From Paludibacter sp. (lineage in GTDB: Bacteria > Bacteroidota > Bacteroidia > Bacteroidales > Paludibacteraceae): DNA of 64,000 nucleotides. The DNA lies in contig JAQVAV010000008.1 of NCBI GenBank assembly GCA_028690665.1, positions 113,273-177,272 on the forward strand, read 5' to 3'. The position numbers and the translations under genes are program-made. Shown here in pieces: positions 1 to 7,897 of the stretch. The notes beneath the pieces are model-generated. The model had not been told where the DNA came from. It saw only the letters and a program-made list of their open reading frames with translations, and made no database searches. Numbering within the stretch: position 1 is the first letter of the stretch; each line of letters starts with the position of its first letter.

Positions 1-290
1 TTTGAATATACAATTAACAACTGCTTATTTTTTGTATCGTACTCAATACGATATATATCATTATCAGTCAGACCATTAATTTTGCTATACAATTCAATAC
101 TCTCATCATCTTTGTCTACTGAATATAAGGATCCATTGCTAAGACCGAAAATTTTGTTATCAGACTGAGCAATTTGTTCTACGCTGTTGTACGCAAAATG
201 AGTACGCCAATTTCCCATGGGTGTTTGCGCATTTACACTTAATATTCCCTCCAGAAGAAAAATTCCGGCTATAACTGATTTTAATTTCAT
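1..290 (-). CDS. Secreted protein of unknown function, N-terminal fragment (gene runs off the window start)
   Basis: Hand translation of the minus strand from the ATG at 288-290 gives MKLKSVIAGIFLLEGILSVNAQTPMGNWRTHFAYNSVEQIAQSDNKIFGLSNGSLYSVDKDDESIELYSKINGLTDNDIYRIEYDTKNKQLLIVYS, open to base 1. The N-terminus looks like a signal peptide. It is absent from the ORF track because no stop lies in the window. The repeat-like pattern hints at a beta-propeller fold, which cannot be verified here. Confidence 0.5.
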   Translation of the reverse strand, partial: MKLKSVIAGIFLLEGILSVNAQTPMGNWRTHFAYNSVEQIAQSDNKIFGLSNGSLYSVDKDDESIELYSKINGLTDNDIYRIEYDTKNKQLLIVYS

Positions 291-399
291 TTGAAAATTG
301 TATATCGTATTATTTCGAAAGAGCTTTAATTATGATCTATCTAAGTAAATAACTTGATAATTAAGTTTTTATTTTGTTGCTTAAAATAAATTTGTAGAA

Positions 400-975
400 T
401 TATTTCAGTAAAAATTCAGTTAGTGATTTTACTGCCAATGCCCTGTGGCTGATTTTGTTTTTTTCATCAAGTCCAAGCTCTGCAAAACTCTTATTATAGC
501 CATCCGGCACAAATATAGGGTCGTAACCAAACCCGGCATCTCCTCTTGGCTCAGTTGCAATATGCCCACACACCTGACCTTCAAAGTTATATATTTCCCC
601 ATCCAAAATCAGCGTAATTACCGTACGAAACCGAGCAGCTCGATTTGCTGCCCCTTCCATATTTTGAAGAAGTTTTTTCATATTCGCAGCAGCATCATGG
701 TTATCACCGGCATATCTGGCTGAATAAACTCCGGGAGCACCATTTAGGGCATCAACTTCCAGACCTGTGTCATCGGCAAAACAATCAACCTGATATTTTT
801 TATAAATATATTCCGCCTTAATCAAAGCATTTCCTTCAAGCGTATCGGATGTTTCCGGAATGTCATCAAAACAATTTAGCTCAGCTAAACTGATTATTTT
901 AAAAACTGGTTCAAGAATGGATTTTACCTCCGAAAGTTTATGTGAGTTATTCGTTGCAAATACTAACTTCTTCAT
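400..975 (-). CDS. rdgB: Non-canonical purine NTP pyrophosphatase (dITP/XTP pyrophosphatase, Ham1/RdgB family)
   Basis: 191 aa. Family hallmarks are [12 protein letters not shown] at the N-terminus, [23 protein letters not shown], and FGYDPIF followed by ISHRA. Confidence 0.9.
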   Translation of the reverse strand: MKKLVFATNNSHKLSEVKSILEPVFKIISLAELNCFDDIPETSDTLEGNALIKAEYIYKKYQVDCFADDTGLEVDALNGAPGVYSARYAGDNHDAAANMKKLLQNMEGAANRAARFRTVITLILDGEIYNFEGQVCGHIATEPRGDAGFGYDPIFVPDGYNKSFAELGLDEKNKISHRALAVKSLTEFLLK

Positions 976-1040
976 GTAACTATTGAAAATTGCTTAAATT
1001 AGCAAATTGAAAAGCATTGAAATTTTAATTCAACAGATTG

Positions 1041-1048
1041 CAAAGATA
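1041..1048 (-). promoter_or_regulatory. Candidate Bacteroidota -7 promoter box (TATCTTTG on minus strand) for rdgB
   Basis: Plus-strand CAAAGATA is the minus-strand TATCTTTG, matching TAnnTTTG. It lies 66 nt upstream of the rdgB ATG at 975. Confidence 0.4.
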
Positions 1049-1107
1049 ACTATTTTTGGCAGATTGAAAACCGAAGGACAGAGAAGTGATGTTTTAAAAA
1101 AATCCTG

Positions 1108-2178
1108 TTATAGGTTATTTATTTTTTCCAAATGACAGCAAAGTAATTCTCCTGTTTTTTCATCCCGGAGATGCAGTCCGTTTCCCAGACAATTTTTATA
1201 GGATTTACAGCTTGCACATTTACCGATTTTTGTCCATGAGCGATCGCGCATAATCTGAAATTTAGTATTCCAGACGTCCATAAAATTATCTTTATAGATA
1301 TTCCCCTGAATATAATCGGCTCTAAGACTTGGACATGCGCTAATGGAACCATCGACTAACACAGACCCAACATGCACTCCGGCATGGCAAAAAAACGGCG
1401 TATCACGTACTTCAAGTTCATAGTCACCGAGATACCCCTCACAACCAAACGAAGCTTTAATCTCTCCCTGAAGCCTCGTCTCCTTTATAAATTCTAACAA
1501 TTGGACAAATTCCTTATCGGAAAGTTTTAGCAAATCGTTACCGGCCGCTCTACCTTTTGGAAAAACCATAAACAAACGCCAGTTTTTCACACCAAGGTCA
1601 ACGAGCAAATCTCTCATTTTAGACAAATCAGAAATGTTTCGTTTATTCACACAAGTAACTACATCGCTCACAAGATTGGGAGTTACAGCGATCATTCGAA
1701 TTGCATTTACTGCTTTTTCCCAAGAACCGGTCTTTCCTCTGAACCAATCGTGTGTTGTAGCATCCAGACCATCAAGACTGACTGTAATTGAACGCAAACC
1801 TGCATTTAACAAAGCCAGAAATCTTTCTGGTGTCAATCCAAAGCCATTGGTAACTATCCCCCACGGGAAACCTTTTTTATGAATTTCAGCTCCGCAAAAC
1901 TCCAAATCCTTGCGCACCAAAGGTTCTCCTCCGGTGAGAACAATCATCGTTCTACTTGGATTCACATAAAGACGAATTCCATCAAGCACATTCAGAAAAT
2001 CAGTAGCAGGCATATCCGGGACTTCCGTTTTTTGTGTACAGTCACTGCCACAATGCAAACAGTTTAGATTGCAGCGTAACGTACACTCCCAAAACAAATA
2101 ACTTAATTCGTGAATTTTCGTCTGATTGCGTTTGTGCTGCCTGAACAGAAAAAATATTATTTTCTTTTTTAAATCCAC
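1108..2178 (-). CDS. Radical SAM enzyme with C-terminal SPASM/twitch-type auxiliary Fe-S domain
   Basis: 356 aa. It has the CX3CX2C motif CNLNCLHC near the N-terminus and LTGGEPL. The C-terminal Cys-rich region is CHAGVHVGSVLVDGSISAC (C-x12-G-x4-C), then CASCKSYKNC and CC. Confidence 0.9.
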   Translation of the reverse strand: MDLKKKIIFFLFRQHKRNQTKIHELSYLFWECTLRCNLNCLHCGSDCTQKTEVPDMPATDFLNVLDGIRLYVNPSRTMIVLTGGEPLVRKDLEFCGAEIHKKGFPWGIVTNGFGLTPERFLALLNAGLRSITVSLDGLDATTHDWFRGKTGSWEKAVNAIRMIAVTPNLVSDVVTCVNKRNISDLSKMRDLLVDLGVKNWRLFMVFPKGRAAGNDLLKLSDKEFVQLLEFIKETRLQGEIKASFGCEGYLGDYELEVRDTPFFCHAGVHVGSVLVDGSISACPSLRADYIQGNIYKDNFMDVWNTKFQIMRDRSWTKIGKCASCKSYKNCLGNGLHLRDEKTGELLCCHLEKINNL

Positions 2179-2184
2179 AGCGGA

Positions 2185-2598
2185 CTACTTTAATTGAAGT
2201 TCAATGTTTTTCGTAATGGTTGCCCAAGCTTTGTAATAATCATCCCGCGACTTACCCCAGTCGTCAGAATTTACTTTTATAGCAACTTCTTTATTTTGAT
2301 AATCACCTCCGTTTAGATCTCCGTCCATATCAAGAATTTTAAGTTTAAAAGTCGCTTTTTTATTATAATAGTCTGTGAATTCAAAAGAATAGTTTCCGTT
2401 GGCATCCGTAGTAATTGTATCTCCGAATAAAAGATAATCTGTAGGTTCACGAATAATCCTGATTCCGACCGCAGGTTCATTCGTCAAACTATCTGTAACT
2501 GTTCCATTAATATCATATATTGCATAATCATTTTCGGAATTACAAGCAAATAATAATACCAGAACTAAAAAAATAAAAACCTTCTTTAATCCACTCAT
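2185..2598 (-). CDS. Small lipoprotein, paralogue B, co-operonic with the radical SAM/SPASM enzyme
   Basis: 137 aa. It has a lipoprotein signal (LVLLFAC) and a beta-sandwich-like pattern GTVTDS..P..GIRIIR..GDTITTDANGNYSFEF. It aligns over its full length with the upstream paralogue. Its stop is 6 nt before the rSAM start. Confidence 0.8.
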   Translation of the reverse strand: MSGLKKVFIFLVLVLLFACNSENDYAIYDINGTVTDSLTNEPAVGIRIIREPTDYLLFGDTITTDANGNYSFEFTDYYNKKATFKLKILDMDGDLNGGDYQNKEVAIKVNSDDWGKSRDDYYKAWATITKNIELQLK

Positions 2599-2600
2599 TA

Positions 2601-3053
2601 TTAATTTTTTTTCTTAAGCTTTATGTCTTCTGTTTTTACAGCTTTACCTAAATACCAACCGCTACCATCTTCAACCCAATCCGACTTCTGAAGTGTAATA
2701 CTGACAGTGTCCGGCTGAAAACTTCCTCCGTTTTCTTCTCCATCAAAATCTTCTGCCAGAATTTCAAACACAGGATTCTCCTCTTCCGGAATTTCATTAA
2801 AACTAAACTGGTACTTTCCTTCGCTATCTGAATAAATTGTGTCTCCATAAAAAGGATCCTCGTTGAGCACACGGATTAGCCGGATATTCGGGATAGGCGT
2901 TTGTGAATCATTATCAACAACAGTTCCTTTTATTTCGAAATCAGCATACGGTGTTCCATACTCAACGACGGGGTCGTCACAAGCTGCCGTAAAACCAACA
3001 ATACTCAAGAAAACAACAATTATCCGATCAAAAAATCGCAATGTATTTTTCAT
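2601..3053 (-). CDS. Small lipoprotein, paralogue A, co-operonic with the radical SAM/SPASM enzyme
   Basis: 150 aa. It has a lipoprotein signal (GFTAAC) and the pattern GTVVDN..P..NIRLIR..GDTIYSDSEGKYQFSF, then DFDGEENGG and DW. Its stop is 2 nt before the start of paralogue B. Confidence 0.8.
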   Translation of the reverse strand: MKNTLRFFDRIIVVFLSIVGFTAACDDPVVEYGTPYADFEIKGTVVDNDSQTPIPNIRLIRVLNEDPFYGDTIYSDSEGKYQFSFNEIPEEENPVFEILAEDFDGEENGGSFQPDTVSITLQKSDWVEDGSGWYLGKAVKTEDIKLKKKN

Positions 3054-3181
3054 ATTATTTATTCAGTTTGAAAATGTATATTTTCAGTTTTAAATTGCAC
3101 ACTACCATTTCAAATTTATTTTCATTGAAAGTACTGATGAAGAATCAGGGATCTTTGTTGCACTGCGACAAAAATATCCTA

Positions 3182-3189
3182 CAAAGATA
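3182..3189 (-). promoter_or_regulatory. Candidate -7 box (TATCTTTG, minus strand) for the lipoprotein-rSAM operon
   Basis: Plus-strand CAAAGATA, about 130 nt upstream of the ATG at 3053. It abuts a plus-strand box TAAATTTG at 3190-3197. Confidence 0.4.
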
Positions 3190-3221
3190 TAAATTTGATT
3201 TAACATCCCGTTTTATTTTTC

Positions 3222-3229
3222 TATTTTTG
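3222..3229 (+). promoter_or_regulatory. Candidate -7 box TATTTTTG for the 3256 gene
   Basis: Matches TAnnTTTG, 27 nt upstream of the ATG at 3256. Confidence 0.45.
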
Positions 3230-3255
3230 CGGAATCTCTATATTCTGAAAATAGC

Positions 3256-4113
3256 ATGAAAAAACTTATTTCTTTTTTTATATTGTGCGGATTATTTGCT
3301 CATCTATACGCCCGGCAGGAAATATCTGAAAAATATGCATTAACCGGAGCATCTGAGTTGTACGGATTATCGGGTATCTCTATAATGGATCCTTACCTTT
3401 CGCCATTACAATATGGCGGCTTAGGACTTTTGTACGAATATGAATCTCATCGGTTTATCAATTCCGAAAACACAAAACTTTCTATACAGACCAGGTTCAA
3501 CACGAATATCGGAATAGCGTTCAATTCGGCCATCACATCTTCAACCTATTGCTTTGGTGGCGCATACAGCTGGGGCATGCATTATCATTTGGATAACTCG
3601 TTTTATCCTTCAGCACAATTTCTGCTCGGAGGAACTGCGGACATAAATTTCTTGGGGAAATTAAACGGGCGTAATGGGAACAATCCCTATAATATGGATC
3701 TGGCAACAAACCTGAATTTATCGGGAATTGTACGTTATGATTTCGAACTTTGGCATAAAAAAATGCGACTTACGTATAACCTTGAGGCTCCTTTTATCGG
3801 ATGCTTTTTTGCTCCGGAAGCGGGATTGTCTTATTACGAAATCGGAGAATTTGGGGTTATGGATAATACGATTCATTTTAGTTCGTTGCTTAATAAACAA
3901 GGAATGACCGGGCGCCTGATGTGCGAAATTCCTTTCAGATGTTGTACCTTAAAATTCGGTTTCATTTCTTCCGAACTGAAGTATAAAGCCAATGATCTGC
4001 TATTTACCACAAATTCGTTCAACTTTATGATTGGGTACAGTTATAAATTTCATACGTTTAAAGGAACACGAGAAACGATTCCGGCAATTTTCACAGATTC
4101 GGAAAAATATTAA
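3256..4113 (+). CDS. Putative outer-membrane beta-barrel protein of unknown function (possibly DUF3316-type)
   Basis: 285 aa. It has a signal peptide (FILCGLFAHLYA), and an alternating hydrophobic/aromatic pattern rich in G, Y, S and N throughout. The family name is from memory only. Confidence 0.6.
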   Translation: MKKLISFFILCGLFAHLYARQEISEKYALTGASELYGLSGISIMDPYLSPLQYGGLGLLYEYESHRFINSENTKLSIQTRFNTNIGIAFNSAITSSTYCFGGAYSWGMHYHLDNSFYPSAQFLLGGTADINFLGKLNGRNGNNPYNMDLATNLNLSGIVRYDFELWHKKMRLTYNLEAPFIGCFFAPEAGLSYYEIGEFGVMDNTIHFSSLLNKQGMTGRLMCEIPFRCCTLKFGFISSELKYKANDLLFTTNSFNFMIGYSYKFHTFKGTRETIPAIFTDSEKY

Positions 4114-4126
4114 ATCCTGTTTATTT

Positions 4127-5152
4127 ATGAAAAAGCACATTGTATATATTTATTTTATCTTTCTGGCAATTGCTACCGGGCTAAATTCATGCATCGAGGA
4201 TCCTGACGTAGAAGTCAATACGAATCAGGGAAATTTTGAAACGCTCTGGAAGATCATTGATACCAGATATTGTTACTTAGATTATAAAAACATCAATTGG
4301 GATTCCATTCATACTATCTACTCGGATAAGTTTGATTCTGACACCGAGGAGCTGGATTTTTTCAACATTATGAGCGATATGCTGGCGGAGTTGAAAGATG
4401 GTCATGTAAATTTATATTCGGATTTTGATATCAGCCGGTACTGGAAATGGTTTACCGACTCTCTGAGCAATTTCAATCACGATATTGTTTATTCCGACCA
4501 GTACCTTGGAGATGATTATCATATAGCAGGAGGAATGAATTATGACAAAATAGATAATAACAAAATCGGATATGTCTATTATGATGATTTTTCCAACACG
4601 TTCACCACATCAAACATGATTTATATTTTTAACTATTTCAAAGATTGTGACGGGTTAATTATTGATGTTCGCGAAAACGGAGGTGGATACATAGATCAGG
4701 CAGAGGAGCTGGCTTCATATTTCTTCACAGAGGAAACTCTTACCGGTTATATACAACATAAAATAGGCGATGGACACTGCGATTTTTCCAATCCGGTGGA
4801 GATAAAAACTCCTGCCAATAAATATGCTCAGTGGAAAAAACCGGTAGCCGTCATTGCCAACCGCAAATCGTACAGCGCAACAAATTCATTCATCAGTAGG
4901 ATGAAAATTGCTCCGAATGCAACTATTGTCGGGGATAAATCGGGAGGTGGTGGCGGACTTCCGTTTTCGAGTGAGATTCCGAATGGATGGTTGGTTCGTT
5001 TCTCAGCCTGCCCTATGTACGATGCTAACATGCAACATATTGAATGGGGAATTGATCCGGACATAAAGGTTGATCTTGATTCGACTGATGTAGCAAACGG
5101 ATATGACACACTGATTGAAACGGCTATTGCCGAGATAGAAAAAATGAAATAA
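4127..5152 (+). CDS. S41 family peptidase (C-terminal processing / tail-specific type), lipoprotein
   Basis: The track ORF 4031-5152 overlaps the previous gene. The internal ATG at 4127 gives MKKHIVYIYFIFLAIATGLNSC, a lipoprotein signal. S41 features are DVRENGGGY, the Ser region RKSYSATNSF and GDKSGGGGG. Confidence 0.85.
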   Translation: MKKHIVYIYFIFLAIATGLNSCIEDPDVEVNTNQGNFETLWKIIDTRYCYLDYKNINWDSIHTIYSDKFDSDTEELDFFNIMSDMLAELKDGHVNLYSDFDISRYWKWFTDSLSNFNHDIVYSDQYLGDDYHIAGGMNYDKIDNNKIGYVYYDDFSNTFTTSNMIYIFNYFKDCDGLIIDVRENGGGYIDQAEELASYFFTEETLTGYIQHKIGDGHCDFSNPVEIKTPANKYAQWKKPVAVIANRKSYSATNSFISRMKIAPNATIVGDKSGGGGGLPFSSEIPNGWLVRFSACPMYDANMQHIEWGIDPDIKVDLDSTDVANGYDTLIETAIAEIEKMK

Positions 5153-5170
5153 TTTATTGTTAATTAAAAA

Positions 5171-5707
5171 ATGAAAAAGCTACATATAACCGAAATGAAC
5201 CGGTTAACACCAGAAGAATTCAAACAAAAAAAAAAGACACCACTTGTTGTGGTTCTTGATAATGTCAGAAGTATGCATAATGTGGGAGCTATTTTCCGGA
5301 CAGGAGATGCATTTCTGATTGAGGCAGTATATTTATGTGGTATAACCTGTATACCTCCACATACCGAAATACATAAAACAGCCTTAGGAGCAGAAGATAC
5401 GGTTGACTGGAAATACATTCAGGATACGCATCAGGCTATAGAACAATTAAAAAATAATAATTATATAGTTCTTGCCATCGAACAGGCACAAGGAAGTACT
5501 ATGTTACCAGATATACAAGTTGATGATAAAAAAAAATATGCCGTAGTGCTTGGCAACGAAGTCAAGGGGGTGCAACAATCGGTAGTCGACGTGTGCGATG
5601 ATTGTATCGAGATTCCTCAATTAGGCACCAAACATTCGCTTAATGTGAGTGTAAGCGGCGGAATTATTATTTGGGAATTTTTCAAAAAACTTACAGAATT
5701 CAAATAA
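5171..5707 (+). CDS. SpoU/TrmH family RNA 2'-O-methyltransferase
   Basis: 178 aa. Motifs are HNVGAIFRTGDAF, VLGNEVKGV and the SPOUT knot region IPQLGTKHSLNVSVSGGI. Confidence 0.85.
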   Translation: MKKLHITEMNRLTPEEFKQKKKTPLVVVLDNVRSMHNVGAIFRTGDAFLIEAVYLCGITCIPPHTEIHKTALGAEDTVDWKYIQDTHQAIEQLKNNNYIVLAIEQAQGSTMLPDIQVDDKKKYAVVLGNEVKGVQQSVVDVCDDCIEIPQLGTKHSLNVSVSGGIIIWEFFKKLTEFK

Positions 5708-5723
5708 AAAAGGAACTAATTTA

Positions 5724-6056
5724 ATGGACTGGAAAGACAAACTGAGCAGCCTGAAATCCGATCTTCCTGAAGGTGAGGAAATAAAAACGAATCAAATCAA
5801 AATAGAAAAAAAGCAGCAAACGGACCCGTTGCGAATTGAACTTGATAAACGTAACGGTAAACCGGCTACACTTATCACAGAATTTCAGGGAAGCGATAAC
5901 GAATTAAAAGAATTAGCAAAAACGCTGAAAGTAAAATGCAGCACAGGAGGCTCGGCCCGCGATGGAGAGATTCTGATTCAGGGAGATTTCAGAATAAAAA
6001 CAGCTGAGATTTTGTCAACAATGGGATTCAAAGTGAAACGAATAAATTTTAAATAA
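5724..6056 (+). CDS. SUI1/YciH-type translation initiation factor-like protein
   Basis: 110 aa. The SUI1-domain pattern is RNGKPATLITEF..LKELAKTLKVKCSTGGSARDGEILIQGDFR. Confidence 0.85.
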   Translation: MDWKDKLSSLKSDLPEGEEIKTNQIKIEKKQQTDPLRIELDKRNGKPATLITEFQGSDNELKELAKTLKVKCSTGGSARDGEILIQGDFRIKTAEILSTMGFKVKRINFK

Positions 6057-6061
6057 CGCTC

Positions 6062-6108
6062 AAAACGGAAGATATTTTCATTGCTTTAAATAAAATATCT
6101 CCCGTTTT
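6062..6108. terminator. Bidirectional intrinsic terminator between convergent genes
   Basis: A 17-bp stem pairs AAAACGGAAGATATTTT (6062-6078) with AAAATATCTCCCGTTTT (6092-6108). The single A.C mismatch on the plus strand becomes a U.G wobble on the minus-strand RNA. A and T runs flank it on both sides. Confidence 0.8.
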
Positions 6109-6113
6109 CATTG

Positions 6114-6641
6114 TTAGCCTTCAACCGGTCGAGTCGGAGTCTCCAAAATCAGTTGCATAAAAATTACATCCAGCCACTTACCAAATTTATAACCTACCTG
6201 AGGAAGAATTCCGACATTTTTAAATCCGTATTTCTCGTGTAGTTTAATGCTGGATTCATTTTCGGTATCTATAACTGCAATAATAGAATGAAAGTTCTGC
6301 GCCCGCGCATTTTTGATGATTTCCTGAAGTAAAATTTTCCCCAAGCCTTTTCCACGATAATTTTTGTGAATATACACCGAATTTTCGACTGTATACTTGT
6401 AAGCGGGACGAAGTCGGAACATACCATACGAACCAAAACCCATCAACTTTCCGGCATCGTCAACCAGTCCGATAACAGGAAAATTATGCATCACCTTAAA
6501 TTCAAACCAAGCTTTCATTATCTCCATATTCCAAGGCTTATAATCATACAGAGCGGTAGTATTCAATATCGCTTCATTAAAAATATCCAGAATTTCGGAA
6601 GCATATTTAAAATCACAATTAATTATTTTCATAGCATACAT
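6114..6641 (-). CDS. GNAT family N-acetyltransferase (phosphinothricin/methionine-analogue acetyltransferase-like)
   Basis: 175 aa. The acetyl-CoA site is YRGKGLGKILLQEII, and the PAT-like N-terminus is ILDIFNEAILNTTALYDY. The start may instead be the ATG three codons in, giving MKIINC. Confidence 0.85.
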   Translation of the reverse strand: MYAMKIINCDFKYASEILDIFNEAILNTTALYDYKPWNMEIMKAWFEFKVMHNFPVIGLVDDAGKLMGFGSYGMFRLRPAYKYTVENSVYIHKNYRGKGLGKILLQEIIKNARAQNFHSIIAVIDTENESSIKLHEKYGFKNVGILPQVGYKFGKWLDVIFMQLILETPTRPVEG

Positions 6642-6791
6642 ATTTTTGCTGTAAAAGTAACCAGATTCGGAAGAAAATCAAAAAAAAAACGACATCTATA
6701 ATATTTGATTATTATTCTATAATATTTGACATACAATCAAATATTTACGCAAAATTGCCATCTCTACATTGCAATTTGAGGGAAAAAATAG

Positions 6792-6799
6792 TATCTTTG
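6792..6799 (+). promoter_or_regulatory. Candidate -7 box TATCTTTG for pta
   Basis: Matches TAnnTTTG, 68 nt upstream of the preferred pta ATG at 6867. The track ATG at 6810 lies only 11 nt after the box. Confidence 0.5.
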
Positions 6800-6866
6800 C
6801 AGCGTTTTTATGGACCGTAGGTTTACACACACTCTCCGAATTATTCAACATATTATATTATACAAA

Positions 6867-7865
6867 ATGAAGTTATTAGATCAGATTATGGCGCGAGCCA
6901 AGGCAAATCCACAACGAATTGTATTGCCTGAAGGTACCGAAATCCGTACAATCAAAGCGGCGGATGTCATTTTGAAAGAAAAAGCAGCAAAATTGATTTT
7001 GATTGGAAATGAAAAGGAAATAGAAAAATTAGCTACTGAAAACAACCTGACCAATCTCCACGAAGCTACCATTGTAAACCCGGACTCTGATCCTAAAATG
7101 GAGACTTACACAAACCTGCTTTACGAACTCCGTAAAAGCAAAGGAATGACGGTAGAACAGGCTCAATCTCTTGCTAAAAATCCTCTTTACCTGGGTTGCC
7201 TCATGATCAAAAACGGAGATGCCGATGGAGAACTTGCAGGAGCGCAAAACACAACAGGAAATGTCTTGCGTCCGGCTTTCCAGATTGTGAAAACAAAACC
7301 CGGCATCAGTGTTGTATCAGGAGCTTTTTTAATGTTCACTCCGACCCCTCAATACGGACATGACGGATTATTAGTATTTGCCGATTGTGCAGTAAACCCG
7401 AATCCTTCCGCAAAGGAATTGGCCGAAATTGCGGTTTCAACTGCAGAAACAACGCGTGCAATAGCCGGATATGAACCTAAAATTGCCATGTTAAGCTTTT
7501 CTTCTAAAGGAAGTGCAAAACACGAGCTTGTAGATAAAGTCGTTGAAGCCACAAAATTAGCCAAAGAAATGAACCCAGATCTGGATATTGATGGAGAATT
7601 GCAGGCCGATGCTTCCTTGGTTCCTGCAGTAGGACAAAGCAAAGCTCCGGGTAGTACTGTCGCCGGTCATGCCAATGTTTTGGTATTTCCTGATTTACAA
7701 GCCGGAAATATCGGGTACAAATTAGTGGAACGTTTTTCAGGAACTCAGGCTGTAGGGCCAATCCTACAGGGAATGGCTGCTCCTATCAATGATTTGTCAC
7801 GTGGTTGCTCTGTTGATGATATCGTACGCATGATTACAATTACTTCAAACCAGGCAATGAAATAA
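6867..7865 (+). CDS. pta: Phosphate acetyltransferase
   Basis: The start is trimmed to MKLLDQIMARAKANPQRIVLPEG. It is a PTA_PTB catalytic domain throughout, with GDADGELAGA, SFSSKGSAKH and DLSRGCSVDDIV. Confidence 0.92.
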   Translation: MKLLDQIMARAKANPQRIVLPEGTEIRTIKAADVILKEKAAKLILIGNEKEIEKLATENNLTNLHEATIVNPDSDPKMETYTNLLYELRKSKGMTVEQAQSLAKNPLYLGCLMIKNGDADGELAGAQNTTGNVLRPAFQIVKTKPGISVVSGAFLMFTPTPQYGHDGLLVFADCAVNPNPSAKELAEIAVSTAETTRAIAGYEPKIAMLSFSSKGSAKHELVDKVVEATKLAKEMNPDLDIDGELQADASLVPAVGQSKAPGSTVAGHANVLVFPDLQAGNIGYKLVERFSGTQAVGPILQGMAAPINDLSRGCSVDDIVRMITITSNQAMK

Positions 7866-7897
7866 TCAGAATAAATTGAAATTATAAAAAATATATT

